Origin: an uncultured Candidatus Saccharibacteria bacterium | GTDB lineage: Bacteria > Patescibacteriota > Minisyncoccia > Minisyncoccales > UBA1441 | DNA length: 58,966 nucleotides | Direction: 5' to 3' | NCBI GenBank assembly: GCA_964386365.1 | Contig: CAYLQR010000007.1 | Coordinates: forward strand, 1-58,966 | Shown here: positions 33,195-41,492 of the stretch, one piece after another | Layout: each line of letters opens with the position of its first letter | How positions within the stretch are numbered: the first letter of the stretch is position 1 | Position numbers and translations under genes: made by a program | The notes under the pieces: model-generated | Database searches by the model: none | What the model was told of the DNA's origin: nothing | The model's input: only the letters and a program-made list of their open reading frames with translations

Positions 33195-36035
33195 CTAGGC
33201 TTTCTCACAAATCTGCCGATAATCACAATATCGGCAATGATAACCCGGACGAGGAGGAAAACTTCCTTTTTCTATTTCTTTAATTATCTTAATAACTTCT
33301 TTCTTTACTTTTTCTTTTTCTTCCGACTGACCAAGAAAAGAAAGTTTCGATCCATCTTGAAGATAATAAAAAGTTAATTGCTTAGGGAAAAGCTGGAAAG
33401 CTTCTTCGACTGCTATCTGATAAAGGAGAAGCTGGCGACGAAGATCGGCCGTCAATCTTTTATGAGGCTTCCCTGTTTTGTAATCAATAATTTCTAAACC
33501 GTCTTCTTTTTTATCAACTCGATCAATTTTCCCCTTGAATGGATAACCGTCTAGAGAAAAAGAAAAATCTTTTTCTAGCCAAGCTTGACCTTCAGAAGTA
33601 AAAACTTGAGGAGGATTCTTCTGAAAATCCTTAAAGAAATTCTTCAATTGTTTTTTCCCTTTACTGAAAAATTCCTTCTCCTGCTTTTTACTTTCATACC
33701 AATCGTCCAGCCAATTTTCTTCGTAAATACTTAATAATTTAGACCAATCAAACTTAAATCTAGACTGAAGAGTATAAGCTCTCAAGAATAATTCGAGAGT
33801 TTTATGAAGGCTTTGACCAAAACTTCTGTCTGGACCTCCTCGACTAGGAAGCTTTAAAAGATGAGTAAATTTATATTGCTGAGGACAAGTCTGAAAATTA
33901 CGAATTTGGGTAAAAGAAAAATATTTCGGTTTAAAAAGGAAATCTTCTTTAGAAGAAATTGTTTTCTTCTTTCTTGGAGAAAACTCTCTTCCCTTTTCTT
34001 CTCGATTTACGTCAATCTTTAATTCCTGAAGAAAACGAGAAGCTTTTTTCTTTCTGGTTTGACCATAATCTTCAGCCCAGGTGAAAAATAAATTTTTCTT
34101 GGCCCTTGTCATAGCTACGTAAAAAAGCCTTCTTTCCTCTTGGAGATGGAGATCTCCTTGCGGTGTTTTTTCTTGGATTAAAGCCTTTGGAAAAGGAATA
34201 GGCTCTTTCCTTCGATCAGAAGGGAATCGCCGATCGACTAGATTAACCAAGAAAACATTTTCAAACTCTAACCCTTTAGCAGCATGGACAGTCATTAATT
34301 TAACTGACTCCGGCCCCTCTTCCTCAAAAGTCCTCTTTCTTTCTGAAACCTCAATTTTTCTTTCTCTTTCCACCTGGAGAAGAAAGTCGTAAAGTTGTCC
34401 TTCGGGAACTTCAGTTTCAAATTCCTCTAATTTTTGATAAAAATCATTCAGAAAAGTTAATTCCTTTTCTTCTTTCTTTTCCAAAAGCCATTTTAGCCAG
34501 CCGGTTTCTTCTAAAACAGAAGTTAGAATAAAAGTTAATTTTTTCTGCTTAAGTCTTTGCCTGTCTTCTTCTATTCGAGCTAAGAAAGCTTCGCCTCTTT
34601 TTCTTTCTTTAGAAGGCAGGCGAGGAATCAAATCCTCTAAACTTTGAAAAAGAGACTGGCCTTTTCTTTGATGATAATTAAGCAAACGAGCTAAAAAATT
34701 ATTGGGCAATCGCCAAAAAGGAAGTTTCAAAACTCGATAAAGAGCCGTATCTTCAAAGCTATTTTCTAACAAGCGGAAATAGCTTAGAAGATCTATGATC
34801 AAAGACTGTTGATAAAGATTCTCTGGAGAAAAAAGCTGAGAAGGAACTCCTTTTTGACGAAGCAATTTTTCAAAAGGACGAAGAGATTGATGAGTCCGAG
34901 CTAAAATAGCTATCTCATTAGGAGAAGTTTTTTCTAACAAAGATTGAATTTTTTTAACTACTCCTCTGACCTCTGCCGTTCCCGTCAAAAAATGGAGAAC
35001 CTCAATCTTAGCTTTTCCCTTTTTAATTGCCTGAAGTTGATTATTAATCCCTAGCCTTCTCTTTTTCCCCTCCTCTTGGCATTCCAGACGATTAGGATTA
35101 TTCATTTGGATAAAACGGTAGCTAAAATCTAAAATTTCCTGACGAGAACGATAATTATTCCGAAGAACAATCACTTTTGATTGAGGATAATCTTTTTTAA
35201 ATTGAAGAATATTAGTATAAGAAGCCCCTCGCCATTGATAAATTGCCTGATCCTCACTAGCACAAACTGTCAAATTGTTTTGGGGAGGAGCTAAAAGTTT
35301 CAATAATTGATATTGAGCCCAATTTGTATCTTGAAATTCGTCAACTAAGATAAAAGACCAACGCTGGCGAAGATTTTCTAAAATCTTTGGCCTTTTTTCT
35401 AAAAGCTGATGGCTAAAATTAATTAAGTCGCCAAAATCAAGAGCTTGATTTTCTAAAAGCAACGATTGATAAGTTTTATAAGCTTGAGCAAGATCTTTAA
35501 CTCTTTGAATTTCCTGCCGATCTTTTTCTTTCTCCTTAAATCTCTTCCAGTAATTAAAATATTTCTCTGGCGTTATTCCTTCATCTTTACAACGAGAAAA
35601 ATGAGTTAGGAGAGAAGAAATCAATTGGCCAGGATCAGCCAATGGCTGATAGTAAGGCAGGTTAAATCTTTCCCAGAACCGTCTCATCAATAACCAGCTT
35701 CCTTTTTCTTCCAAAAGACGAAAATTAATCGGCAAGCCAATTTCCAAACCGTATTCTTTTAAAAGATCTTCTCCTAAAGAATGGAAAGTTCCCACCTTTA
35801 AATCAAAAGCCGAAAAAGGAAGAAGTTGATCTGTCCTTTCTTCCATTTCTTGAGCTGCTTGACGAGTAAAAGTTAAAGCTAAAATCTTATCCGGCGCTAT
35901 TTTTCTTTTCTGGATAAGATAAGCTAAACGATTAGCTAAAACCGTAGTTTTTCCAGTTCCTGGCCCAGCAATAATTAAAAGAGGTCCTGAAGAAACCTGG
36001 ACCGCTTTTTTTTGTTCTGGATTGAGTCGAGGCAT
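33195..36035 (-). CDS. UvrD/PcrA-type SF1 helicase fused to a C-terminal Cas4/AddB-like PD-(D/E)xK nuclease with Cys4 cluster
   Basis: IIAGPGTGKTT, LVDEFQDTN, VHAAKGLEFENVFL, YVAMTRAKKNL helicase motifs. C-terminus has CPQQYKF, IDRVD, IIDYKTGK and CRYCDYRQIC. Confidence 0.88.
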   Translation of the reverse strand: MPRLNPEQKKAVQVSSGPLLIIAGPGTGKTTVLANRLAYLIQKRKIAPDKILALTFTRQAAQEMEERTDQLLPFSAFDLKVGTFHSLGEDLLKEYGLEIGLPINFRLLEEKGSWLLMRRFWERFNLPYYQPLADPGQLISSLLTHFSRCKDEGITPEKYFNYWKRFKEKEKDRQEIQRVKDLAQAYKTYQSLLLENQALDFGDLINFSHQLLEKRPKILENLRQRWSFILVDEFQDTNWAQYQLLKLLAPPQNNLTVCASEDQAIYQWRGASYTNILQFKKDYPQSKVIVLRNNYRSRQEILDFSYRFIQMNNPNRLECQEEGKKRRLGINNQLQAIKKGKAKIEVLHFLTGTAEVRGVVKKIQSLLEKTSPNEIAILARTHQSLRPFEKLLRQKGVPSQLFSPENLYQQSLIIDLLSYFRLLENSFEDTALYRVLKLPFWRLPNNFLARLLNYHQRKGQSLFQSLEDLIPRLPSKERKRGEAFLARIEEDRQRLKQKKLTFILTSVLEETGWLKWLLEKKEEKELTFLNDFYQKLEEFETEVPEGQLYDFLLQVERERKIEVSERKRTFEEEGPESVKLMTVHAAKGLEFENVFLVNLVDRRFPSDRRKEPIPFPKALIQEKTPQGDLHLQEERRLFYVAMTRAKKNLFFTWAEDYGQTRKKKASRFLQELKIDVNREEKGREFSPRKKKTISSKEDFLFKPKYFSFTQIRNFQTCPQQYKFTHLLKLPSRGGPDRSFGQSLHKTLELFLRAYTLQSRFKFDWSKLLSIYEENWLDDWYESKKQEKEFFSKGKKQLKNFFKDFQKNPPQVFTSEGQAWLEKDFSFSLDGYPFKGKIDRVDKKEDGLEIIDYKTGKPHKRLTADLRRQLLLYQIAVEEAFQLFPKQLTFYYLQDGSKLSFLGQSEEKEKVKKEVIKIIKEIEKGSFPPRPGYHCRYCDYRQICEKA

Positions 36036-36094
36036 TCTAAAATTATCTTAACTCAAGAAAAAAGAAAAGCAAAATAGGGAATTTCTCCTCCCCC

Positions 36095-36122
36095 TTGTCA
36101 AATATTTTCCTTATGGTATAAT
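36095..36122 (+). promoter_or_regulatory. promoter of the small-ORF pair (extended -10)
   Basis: TTGTCA (36095-36100), 16-nt spacer ending in TGG, TATAAT (36117-36122). AAAGGAGGTG Shine-Dalgarno 8 nt before the ATG at 36153. Confidence 0.6.
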
Positions 36123-36152
36123 TCCGATATCTAAAAAGGAGGTGTTCGTTAT

Positions 36153-36434
36153 ATGGGCATAAAATGGAATCCCCTCTGGGAAATAGAGCTCCCTCTAGAG
36201 GGAGTGGAGCTCTCGGGGGTCTCCCTCGAAGAGCTTAATTCCTTGACCAACGGTCAAGAAGTTCCGGAGAATTCTTCCGGAAACTTCAAGTTGTTCGGAA
36301 CGATACTTTTTGAATCTCTCAGCAAAGCTAAGAAGTTCAAAAAACTAATACGTCAATCGGATATTCCGATTCAATTAACGCAAAATCACCGGAAAGAAAG
36401 TGGGGGTCGTCGACCCCTCAGGATCAGGAGGTAA
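36153..36434 (+). CDS. small hypothetical protein A (93 aa, Arg-rich C-tail)
   Basis: Strong SD and ATG. Distant paralog of the next ORF (W.I.L..E.hEL..VS ... hhh.G.LF....K...F.K). Confidence 0.6.
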   Translation: MGIKWNPLWEIELPLEGVELSGVSLEELNSLTNGQEVPENSSGNFKLFGTILFESLSKAKKFKKLIRQSDIPIQLTQNHRKESGGRRPLRIRR

Positions 36435-36438
36435 TGCT

Positions 36439-36717
36439 ATGTATCCTCCTGAATGGAAGATTAATCTTTTCGGAGAAGCAATTGAGCTTCGTCGAGTATC
36501 TCCTCAAAACGCTTCTATCTTGAAAACGCTGGTAGAAGCGATGAGGGGCGAAATTCGTCTCGAACTTGAGGAACCCACCTCAAGTTCTCGCTATCGGGTA
36601 GTGATCAGAGGACCACTGTTTACCGACAGCGAAAAAATTGCAAGACGGTTTGTCAAAGCCGTCAAAGATGACCACAGACTCACCAGGGTGAAGATAGGAT
36701 TCCAAAGATTTCTGTAA
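36439..36717 (+). CDS. small hypothetical protein B (92 aa), paralog of protein A
   Basis: Track ORF 36400..36717 trimmed to the ATG at 36439, preceded by AGGAGGT (6-nt spacer). Begins 4 nt after the ORF A stop. Confidence 0.6.
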   Translation: MYPPEWKINLFGEAIELRRVSPQNASILKTLVEAMRGEIRLELEEPTSSSRYRVVIRGPLFTDSEKIARRFVKAVKDDHRLTRVKIGFQRFL

Positions 36718-36733
36718 TGCTCATTTTCTCAAA

Positions 36734-36762
36734 GGGGAAGCTCATCAAGAGCCTCCCCTTTT
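36734..36762 (+). terminator. bidirectional hairpin terminator shared by the small-ORF pair and the converging DUF72 gene
   Basis: GGGGAAGCTC-ATCAA-GAGCCTCCCC followed by TTTT; A-run on the other side. Confidence 0.6.
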
Positions 36763-37503
36763 CTCAATAATTTCTTTAAGTTCCAGAGCATTCTTTACTG
36801 CCCAGCCTCCCCCATCATTATTAAAATAAGCAAAAACATCTCTCTTTTCCTGAAGATGTTTTTTTATTATTCCAGCTATTTCTTTTAGCTGTCGAAGCGA
36901 ATAGCTAGAATTATACAAAGAAGAAGGACCGTGAAGGCGAAGATAGAAAAAGGAGCCAATCCCCTTTTCTACTTTCGGCCATTTTACAGAATCAGCAAAA
37001 ACTAAAGAAACTTGGGAATGTTTTTCCAAAAGAGAATAGATATCTTCTGAAAACCAACTAGGATGACGAAATTCAAAAGCAAACCGAAGATTATTAATTG
37101 AAGAATACTTATTAAGCATTTTCAAAAAATCACTTAACCTTTTTTCATCTTTTGGAAAATTAGCCGGAAATTGGAAAAGAATTGGCCCTAATTTTGAATT
37201 AAGATTAATGGCTCGAGAGAGAAAAAGCTCCCAAGAAGGAGCTCCATCTTTCATTTTCTTGAAATGAGTAAGAAATCGACTGGCCTTAACTGAAAAAAGA
37301 AAATCCGAAGGGACTTTCTCCCGCCAAGAAATAAAAGTCTCTTCTTTAGGCAATTGATAAAAAGGATTATTTAATTCAACTGTCGAAAAATAGCGACTGT
37401 AATAAGCTAATTCTTCTGCTTTCTTTAATCCAGAAGGATAAAAGACATCTTGACGCCAATGAGGATAGCTGTAACCAGAAGTTCCAATCCTGACTTCAGC
37501 CAT
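36745..37503 (-). CDS. DUF72 (UPF0759) family protein
   Basis: IGTSGYSYPHWRQDVFYP ... YYSRYFSTVELNNPFYQLP is the DUF72 N-terminal signature. Confidence 0.8.
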   Translation of the reverse strand: MAEVRIGTSGYSYPHWRQDVFYPSGLKKAEELAYYSRYFSTVELNNPFYQLPKEETFISWREKVPSDFLFSVKASRFLTHFKKMKDGAPSWELFLSRAINLNSKLGPILFQFPANFPKDEKRLSDFLKMLNKYSSINNLRFAFEFRHPSWFSEDIYSLLEKHSQVSLVFADSVKWPKVEKGIGSFFYLRLHGPSSLYNSSYSLRQLKEIAGIIKKHLQEKRDVFAYFNNDGGGWAVKNALELKEIIEKRGGS

Positions 37504-37509
37504 AAAAAT

Positions 37510-37791
37510 TTAAGCCTGAAATCCAAGCGGAGTTTTCCGTTCTTCTGCTTCCTCCACTTGACCAAATTTTTGCTCGTAATTGGCTAAATTTTTTCCCAAG
37601 GCATTGACTATCTGCTTCAAATGAGCCGGGGTAACAATTAGCCGAGAAACGACTATTCCTTGAGGAGGGACAATGTGAGCAAAGTCTAAAACAAATTCCT
37701 CTTTCTGATGAGTAACTCTCATAAAATTAGCAAAAGAACCTTTCAATTGTTCGTCGTTTATTTTAATTTTGATTTCTTGTTGATTAGCCAT
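37510..37791 (-). CDS. DUF3467 family protein
   Basis: GSFANFMRVTHQKEEFVLDFAHIVPPQGIVVSRLIVTPAHLKQIVNAL..NLANYEQKFG matches the DUF3467 pattern as I remember it. Confidence 0.7.
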   Translation of the reverse strand: MANQQEIKIKINDEQLKGSFANFMRVTHQKEEFVLDFAHIVPPQGIVVSRLIVTPAHLKQIVNALGKNLANYEQKFGQVEEAEERKTPLGFQA

Positions 37792-37805
37792 AAAGATAAG
37801 ATAAT

Positions 37806-38654
37806 TTAATTTTTCTCTGGTCCGAAAAGTTGCCGAGCCTCTCTTTCTAATCGAGAAAGAAAATGAGCTGGCAAAGCTAATTTTTCTAGTTGCTTCTGGC
37901 GCGTTAAAACGTCTTCTGCAAGGATTAATCCTTCCTTAGCAAAAATTTCTACTGAACTTTTTCCTTTAAAGGATGGAAGAATGGTAATTGGGTAAATTTT
38001 ATGCTCATCAATAATTCTTTCTAATCCATGGCCGGAAGGATACTTCCAGCCTAGTAATTCTTGACCAACACAATTTCCATACTTAATCGCTTCGCTTGTA
38101 AAACGAGTATTAGTAACTAAAACCGTTTTTAAAGCCTTATTTCTTCTAGCTTTAGAAAAACGAGGTCCTTGGCATAAATCCTCAAAACGAGCAAAATAAT
38201 GAAGGATAACGTTTAAACTAGTTTTTCTTCCTCGGAGATTATGGTATTTACACTCTCCGAGATAAGTTGTTTTTCCGTCTTCAGCAAAAAAATCTACTTG
38301 ATGACGGACGCATTTTCCCTGAACCCACTGGCCAATACTTGTCTCAAAGCCTTGAGTTTCAAAAATTCGAGCGACATAACGCTCGAAGGGAAAACCAGTT
38401 GGACCTAATTGAGTCATGGCCCAAAAGAGATTAAATTTAATCGAAGCCGAAGGCCTTCTTTCTTGAAGCATCTCTCGAACCCGCTTGCTAATCTGTAAAG
38501 TTGTCCAGCCGTTCTGGACTTCTTTCTGAACTCGATTAGCAACTTCTTTAGCTAAGCCTGAAGGGGCCCCCGATCTTTTGACAGAACGATAGACCTTATG
38601 CCAAGAGAAGGGTCGTTTTTCCCCATTAGATTTAATAATTTCTACTTCTTTCAC
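37806..38654 (-). CDS. ATP-cone domain fused to Mrr-like PD-(D/E)xK (restriction endonuclease-fold) domain
   Basis: N-terminus VEIIKSNGEKRPFSWHKVYRSVKRSG... is the ATP-cone pattern. FERYVARIFETQGFE ... HQVDFFAEDGKTTYLGECKY gives the D...E.K nuclease core. Track ORF extends to a TTG at 38705; I favour the GTG at 38654 (start uncertain). Confidence 0.75.
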   Translation of the reverse strand: MKEVEIIKSNGEKRPFSWHKVYRSVKRSGAPSGLAKEVANRVQKEVQNGWTTLQISKRVREMLQERRPSASIKFNLFWAMTQLGPTGFPFERYVARIFETQGFETSIGQWVQGKCVRHQVDFFAEDGKTTYLGECKYHNLRGRKTSLNVILHYFARFEDLCQGPRFSKARRNKALKTVLVTNTRFTSEAIKYGNCVGQELLGWKYPSGHGLERIIDEHKIYPITILPSFKGKSSVEIFAKEGLILAEDVLTRQKQLEKLALPAHFLSRLEREARQLFGPEKN

Positions 38655-38704
38655 CAGACAGAGATTATCTTTCTTATATAATAGCACCCTGAATTTAAAA
38701 AACA

Positions 38705-38788
38705 AAATGCTTCTTCCGGCTTATTGTCCGAAGACAACAGCTCCAGAAGAAGCATTTACAGATTAGCAGATAGGCAAAATTTTGTCAA
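38705..38788 (-). promoter_or_regulatory. promoter firing directly into a 12-bp-stem hairpin plus U-tract upstream of the ATP-cone nuclease gene
   Basis: Minus strand TTGACA (38788-38783), 17 nt, TAATCT (38765-38760). Stem AAATGCTTCTTC (38757-38746) / GAAGAAGCATTT (38716-38705) with nested TTGTC-CGAA-GACAA, then UUUUGUUUUUU. Confidence 0.45.
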
Positions 38789-38862
38789 GAGGAAAAATAG
38801 AAATTGAAACATTTTCTAAAAAATTTTGAACCCATCTCCCCAAAAACTTATTTAGGAGAAGC

Positions 38863-38891
38863 TTGACAAAGATGCTAGAATAGAATAATCA
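38863..38891 (+). promoter_or_regulatory. putative trxA promoter
   Basis: TTGACA (38863-38868), 17 nt, TAATCA (38886-38891), about 65 nt upstream of the trxA ATG. Confidence 0.35.
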
Positions 38892-38956
38892 AAGAGAAAA
38901 TAGTCTTAGTTCAATTCAAATTTGGACTAATTTATTTATTAAATTAAAAAACAAAA

Positions 38957-39298
38957 ATGCCTACCATAGAAATTAACCATCAGAATTTTCAATCGGAAGT
39001 TCTTCAATCAGAACTTCCCGTTTTAGTAGATTTCTGGGCCCCTTGGTGTCAGCCCTGCCTTTTAATGAGTCCTGGCTTAGAAGCTATTGCCGAAGAGATG
39101 GAAGGAAAAATTAAGATAGCAAAACTAAATACAGAAAAAGAAGAAAATAGTCAATTAGCCCAAGAATATCAAATTCGGAGCATTCCTAATATGAAGCTTT
39201 TCTCCCAAGGAAAAGTTGTCCAGGAATTCATTGGCTTACAGCCCAAAGAAATTCTTAAGGAAAAGTTAGAAAAAGCTATTCGAGAACTTTCATCTTAA
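38957..39298 (+). CDS. trxA: thioredoxin (active site WCQPC)
   Basis: 113 aa, VLVDFWAPWCQPC ... IRSIPNMKLF thioredoxin fold signature. Confidence 0.92.
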   Translation: MPTIEINHQNFQSEVLQSELPVLVDFWAPWCQPCLLMSPGLEAIAEEMEGKIKIAKLNTEKEENSQLAQEYQIRSIPNMKLFSQGKVVQEFIGLQPKEILKEKLEKAIRELSS

Positions 39299-39320
39299 AA
39301 TTATTTGCTCTAATTAAAGT

Positions 39321-40550
39321 ATGGACACTATTTTTGATAACGTTCGTCAATATTTAAAGAAGATTCAAGAAATTTTATCCCTTTCTCCGGAAGAGATGAA
39401 GATTCTTTCTTCTCCCCAGCGAGTAGAAGAAGCAACTCTTGAAATAGAAGGTCAAAAACTCCCAGCTTGGAGAATCCTTTTCAACGACGCTCTTGGTCCA
39501 GGAAAGGGAGGAGTTCGCTTTCATCCTCAAGCTAATCAAGATGAGGTTACTTCTCTTTCCTTTTGGATGATGATTAAAAATGCTTTAGCCGATCTTCCTT
39601 ATGGAGGAGCAAAAGGAGCAGTTAAATTTGATCCTCGAGAAGTTTCTGATTCTTTTAAAGAAACAGTTAGTCGAAAATATATTGATGCCTTTTTTCCTGT
39701 CTTAGGAGAAGATAAAGATATTCCTGCTCCTGATGTTTACACTAACGCCCAAGTTATGGCTTGGATGCTAGATGAGTATGAAAAGAAGGTTGGTCACCAC
39801 GCCCCGGCTACTATTACTGGAAAACCATTAGAATTAGGAGGTTGTCAGCTTCGCTCGGAAGCAACCGCCCAAGGAGGATACTATGTAATTCAAGAAATGA
39901 TTAAAACTTTAGGGCTATCTAAAGATAAATTAAAGATAGCCGTTCAAGGATTTGGGAATGCTGGAGCCAACTTAATTGAAATGTTAGCTGACGATCAACT
40001 TCAAATAGTAGCTGTGAGTGATAGCCAAGGAGGAACTTATCAAAACGAAGGATTAAACATTACGGAAGTTAAAAAGACAAAAGAAGAAACTGGTTCAGTA
40101 AAAAACCATTCTCTCGGTCAGCCAATCACTAATGAAGAAATATTAGAATTGCCAGTTGATATTCTAATATTAGCTGCTTTAGAAAATCAGATTACCGAAG
40201 AAAATGTTAATCAGGTCAAAGCCAAACATCTTGTTGAGATTGCCAACGGCCCCATTACTTATCAAGCCGAACAAGAGCTTTTCTCAAAAGGGAAAACAGT
40301 CGTTCCCGATGTTTTAGCTAATTCTGGCGGAGTAATAGTTAGTTATTTTGAATGGTGTCAAAACAAGACTGGGAACATTTTAGAAATGTCTTATCTAGCT
40401 AATCTCCTTCAAGAAAAAATGACTAAAAATTGGGAGAAACTTGTTTCTCTTCAAAAAGAAACCACCCCTGCTGTAAGCTTAAAAACTATCGCTTACCTTA
40501 CTGCTATTAAAAAAATATTGGCAGCTGAAAAATTAAGAGGAAGAATTTAA
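39321..40550 (+). CDS. gdhA: Glu/Leu/Phe/Val dehydrogenase family (glutamate dehydrogenase-like)
   Basis: GPGKGGVRFHP, PYGGAKGAV catalytic Lys motif, Rossmann QGFGNAGAN. Confidence 0.88.
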   Translation: MDTIFDNVRQYLKKIQEILSLSPEEMKILSSPQRVEEATLEIEGQKLPAWRILFNDALGPGKGGVRFHPQANQDEVTSLSFWMMIKNALADLPYGGAKGAVKFDPREVSDSFKETVSRKYIDAFFPVLGEDKDIPAPDVYTNAQVMAWMLDEYEKKVGHHAPATITGKPLELGGCQLRSEATAQGGYYVIQEMIKTLGLSKDKLKIAVQGFGNAGANLIEMLADDQLQIVAVSDSQGGTYQNEGLNITEVKKTKEETGSVKNHSLGQPITNEEILELPVDILILAALENQITEENVNQVKAKHLVEIANGPITYQAEQELFSKGKTVVPDVLANSGGVIVSYFEWCQNKTGNILEMSYLANLLQEKMTKNWEKLVSLQKETTPAVSLKTIAYLTAIKKILAAEKLRGRI

Positions 40551-40556
40551 AGATAT

Positions 40557-41489
40557 ATGGAAAAAAAAGAAGAATACCCTCTCATCATTATTGGAGCCGG
40601 CCCAGCTGGGTTAACTGCTTCTATTTATGCTTCCCGCTATGCCCTCCCCCATCTAATTATTGGAGAAGCCCCCGGAGGATTAATGTTTGAAGCTCACCAA
40701 ATTTGTAATTTTCCAACCGAAAAAGAAATTAGTGGAGCAGAAATCACTGCTAAAATCCAAGCTCAAGCAGAATCACTTGGAGCAAATATTTTGACCGACA
40801 AAGTAACTGAAATCTCTTATTCTCAAGGATTCCATCTTTCTACCCAACAAGGAAAGAAACTATTGGCTGAAAATATTCTTCTTGCCACTGGAACCGAACA
40901 TCGTCAATTAGGTTTAGCTGAAGAGAAAAAATTCCTTGGACGAGGGCTCTCTTATTGCGCTACTTGCGACGCTCCTTTTTACAAAGGACAAAGAGTAGCC
41001 GTTATTGGCGGAGGAGATAGTGCTAATACTGCTTCTCTTTACCTAGCCAACATAGCTGAAAAAGTATATCAAATTCACCGCCGTCCACAGTTAACCGGAG
41101 AAAGAGCTTGGGTCAACCAAGTCATAAGCAATCCAAAGATTGAAATTATTTACGAACGAGAATTGATTTCCCTTGAAGGAGAAAAAGATCTTCAAGCAAT
41201 CATTCTAAATCAACCACATAAAGGAGAAAAAAGAATTCCTTTAGAAGGAATTTTTATAGAAATTGGCTCTGTCCCTCGCCAAGAATTAATTCAGCAATTA
41301 AAAATAGAAACTAATCCTCAAGGCTACATCAAAGTTAAAACGGACCAATCGACGAGCCAAGAGCATGTTTGGGCCGCCGGAGATATCACGGACGGTTCTA
41401 ATAATCTTCGGCAAATTGTAACCGCTTGCAGTGAAGGAGCAATTGCCGCTTATAGTATTTTTCAAGATCGGCAAAAAAGCCAAGTCTAA
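40557..41489 (+). CDS. trxB: thioredoxin-disulfide reductase
   Basis: IIGAGPAGLTA, redox CATCDA, GGGDSA, AAGDITD motifs; 310 aa. Confidence 0.93.
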   Translation: MEKKEEYPLIIIGAGPAGLTASIYASRYALPHLIIGEAPGGLMFEAHQICNFPTEKEISGAEITAKIQAQAESLGANILTDKVTEISYSQGFHLSTQQGKKLLAENILLATGTEHRQLGLAEEKKFLGRGLSYCATCDAPFYKGQRVAVIGGGDSANTASLYLANIAEKVYQIHRRPQLTGERAWVNQVISNPKIEIIYERELISLEGEKDLQAIILNQPHKGEKRIPLEGIFIEIGSVPRQELIQQLKIETNPQGYIKVKTDQSTSQEHVWAAGDITDGSNNLRQIVTACSEGAIAAYSIFQDRQKSQV

Positions 41490-41492
41490 ATC

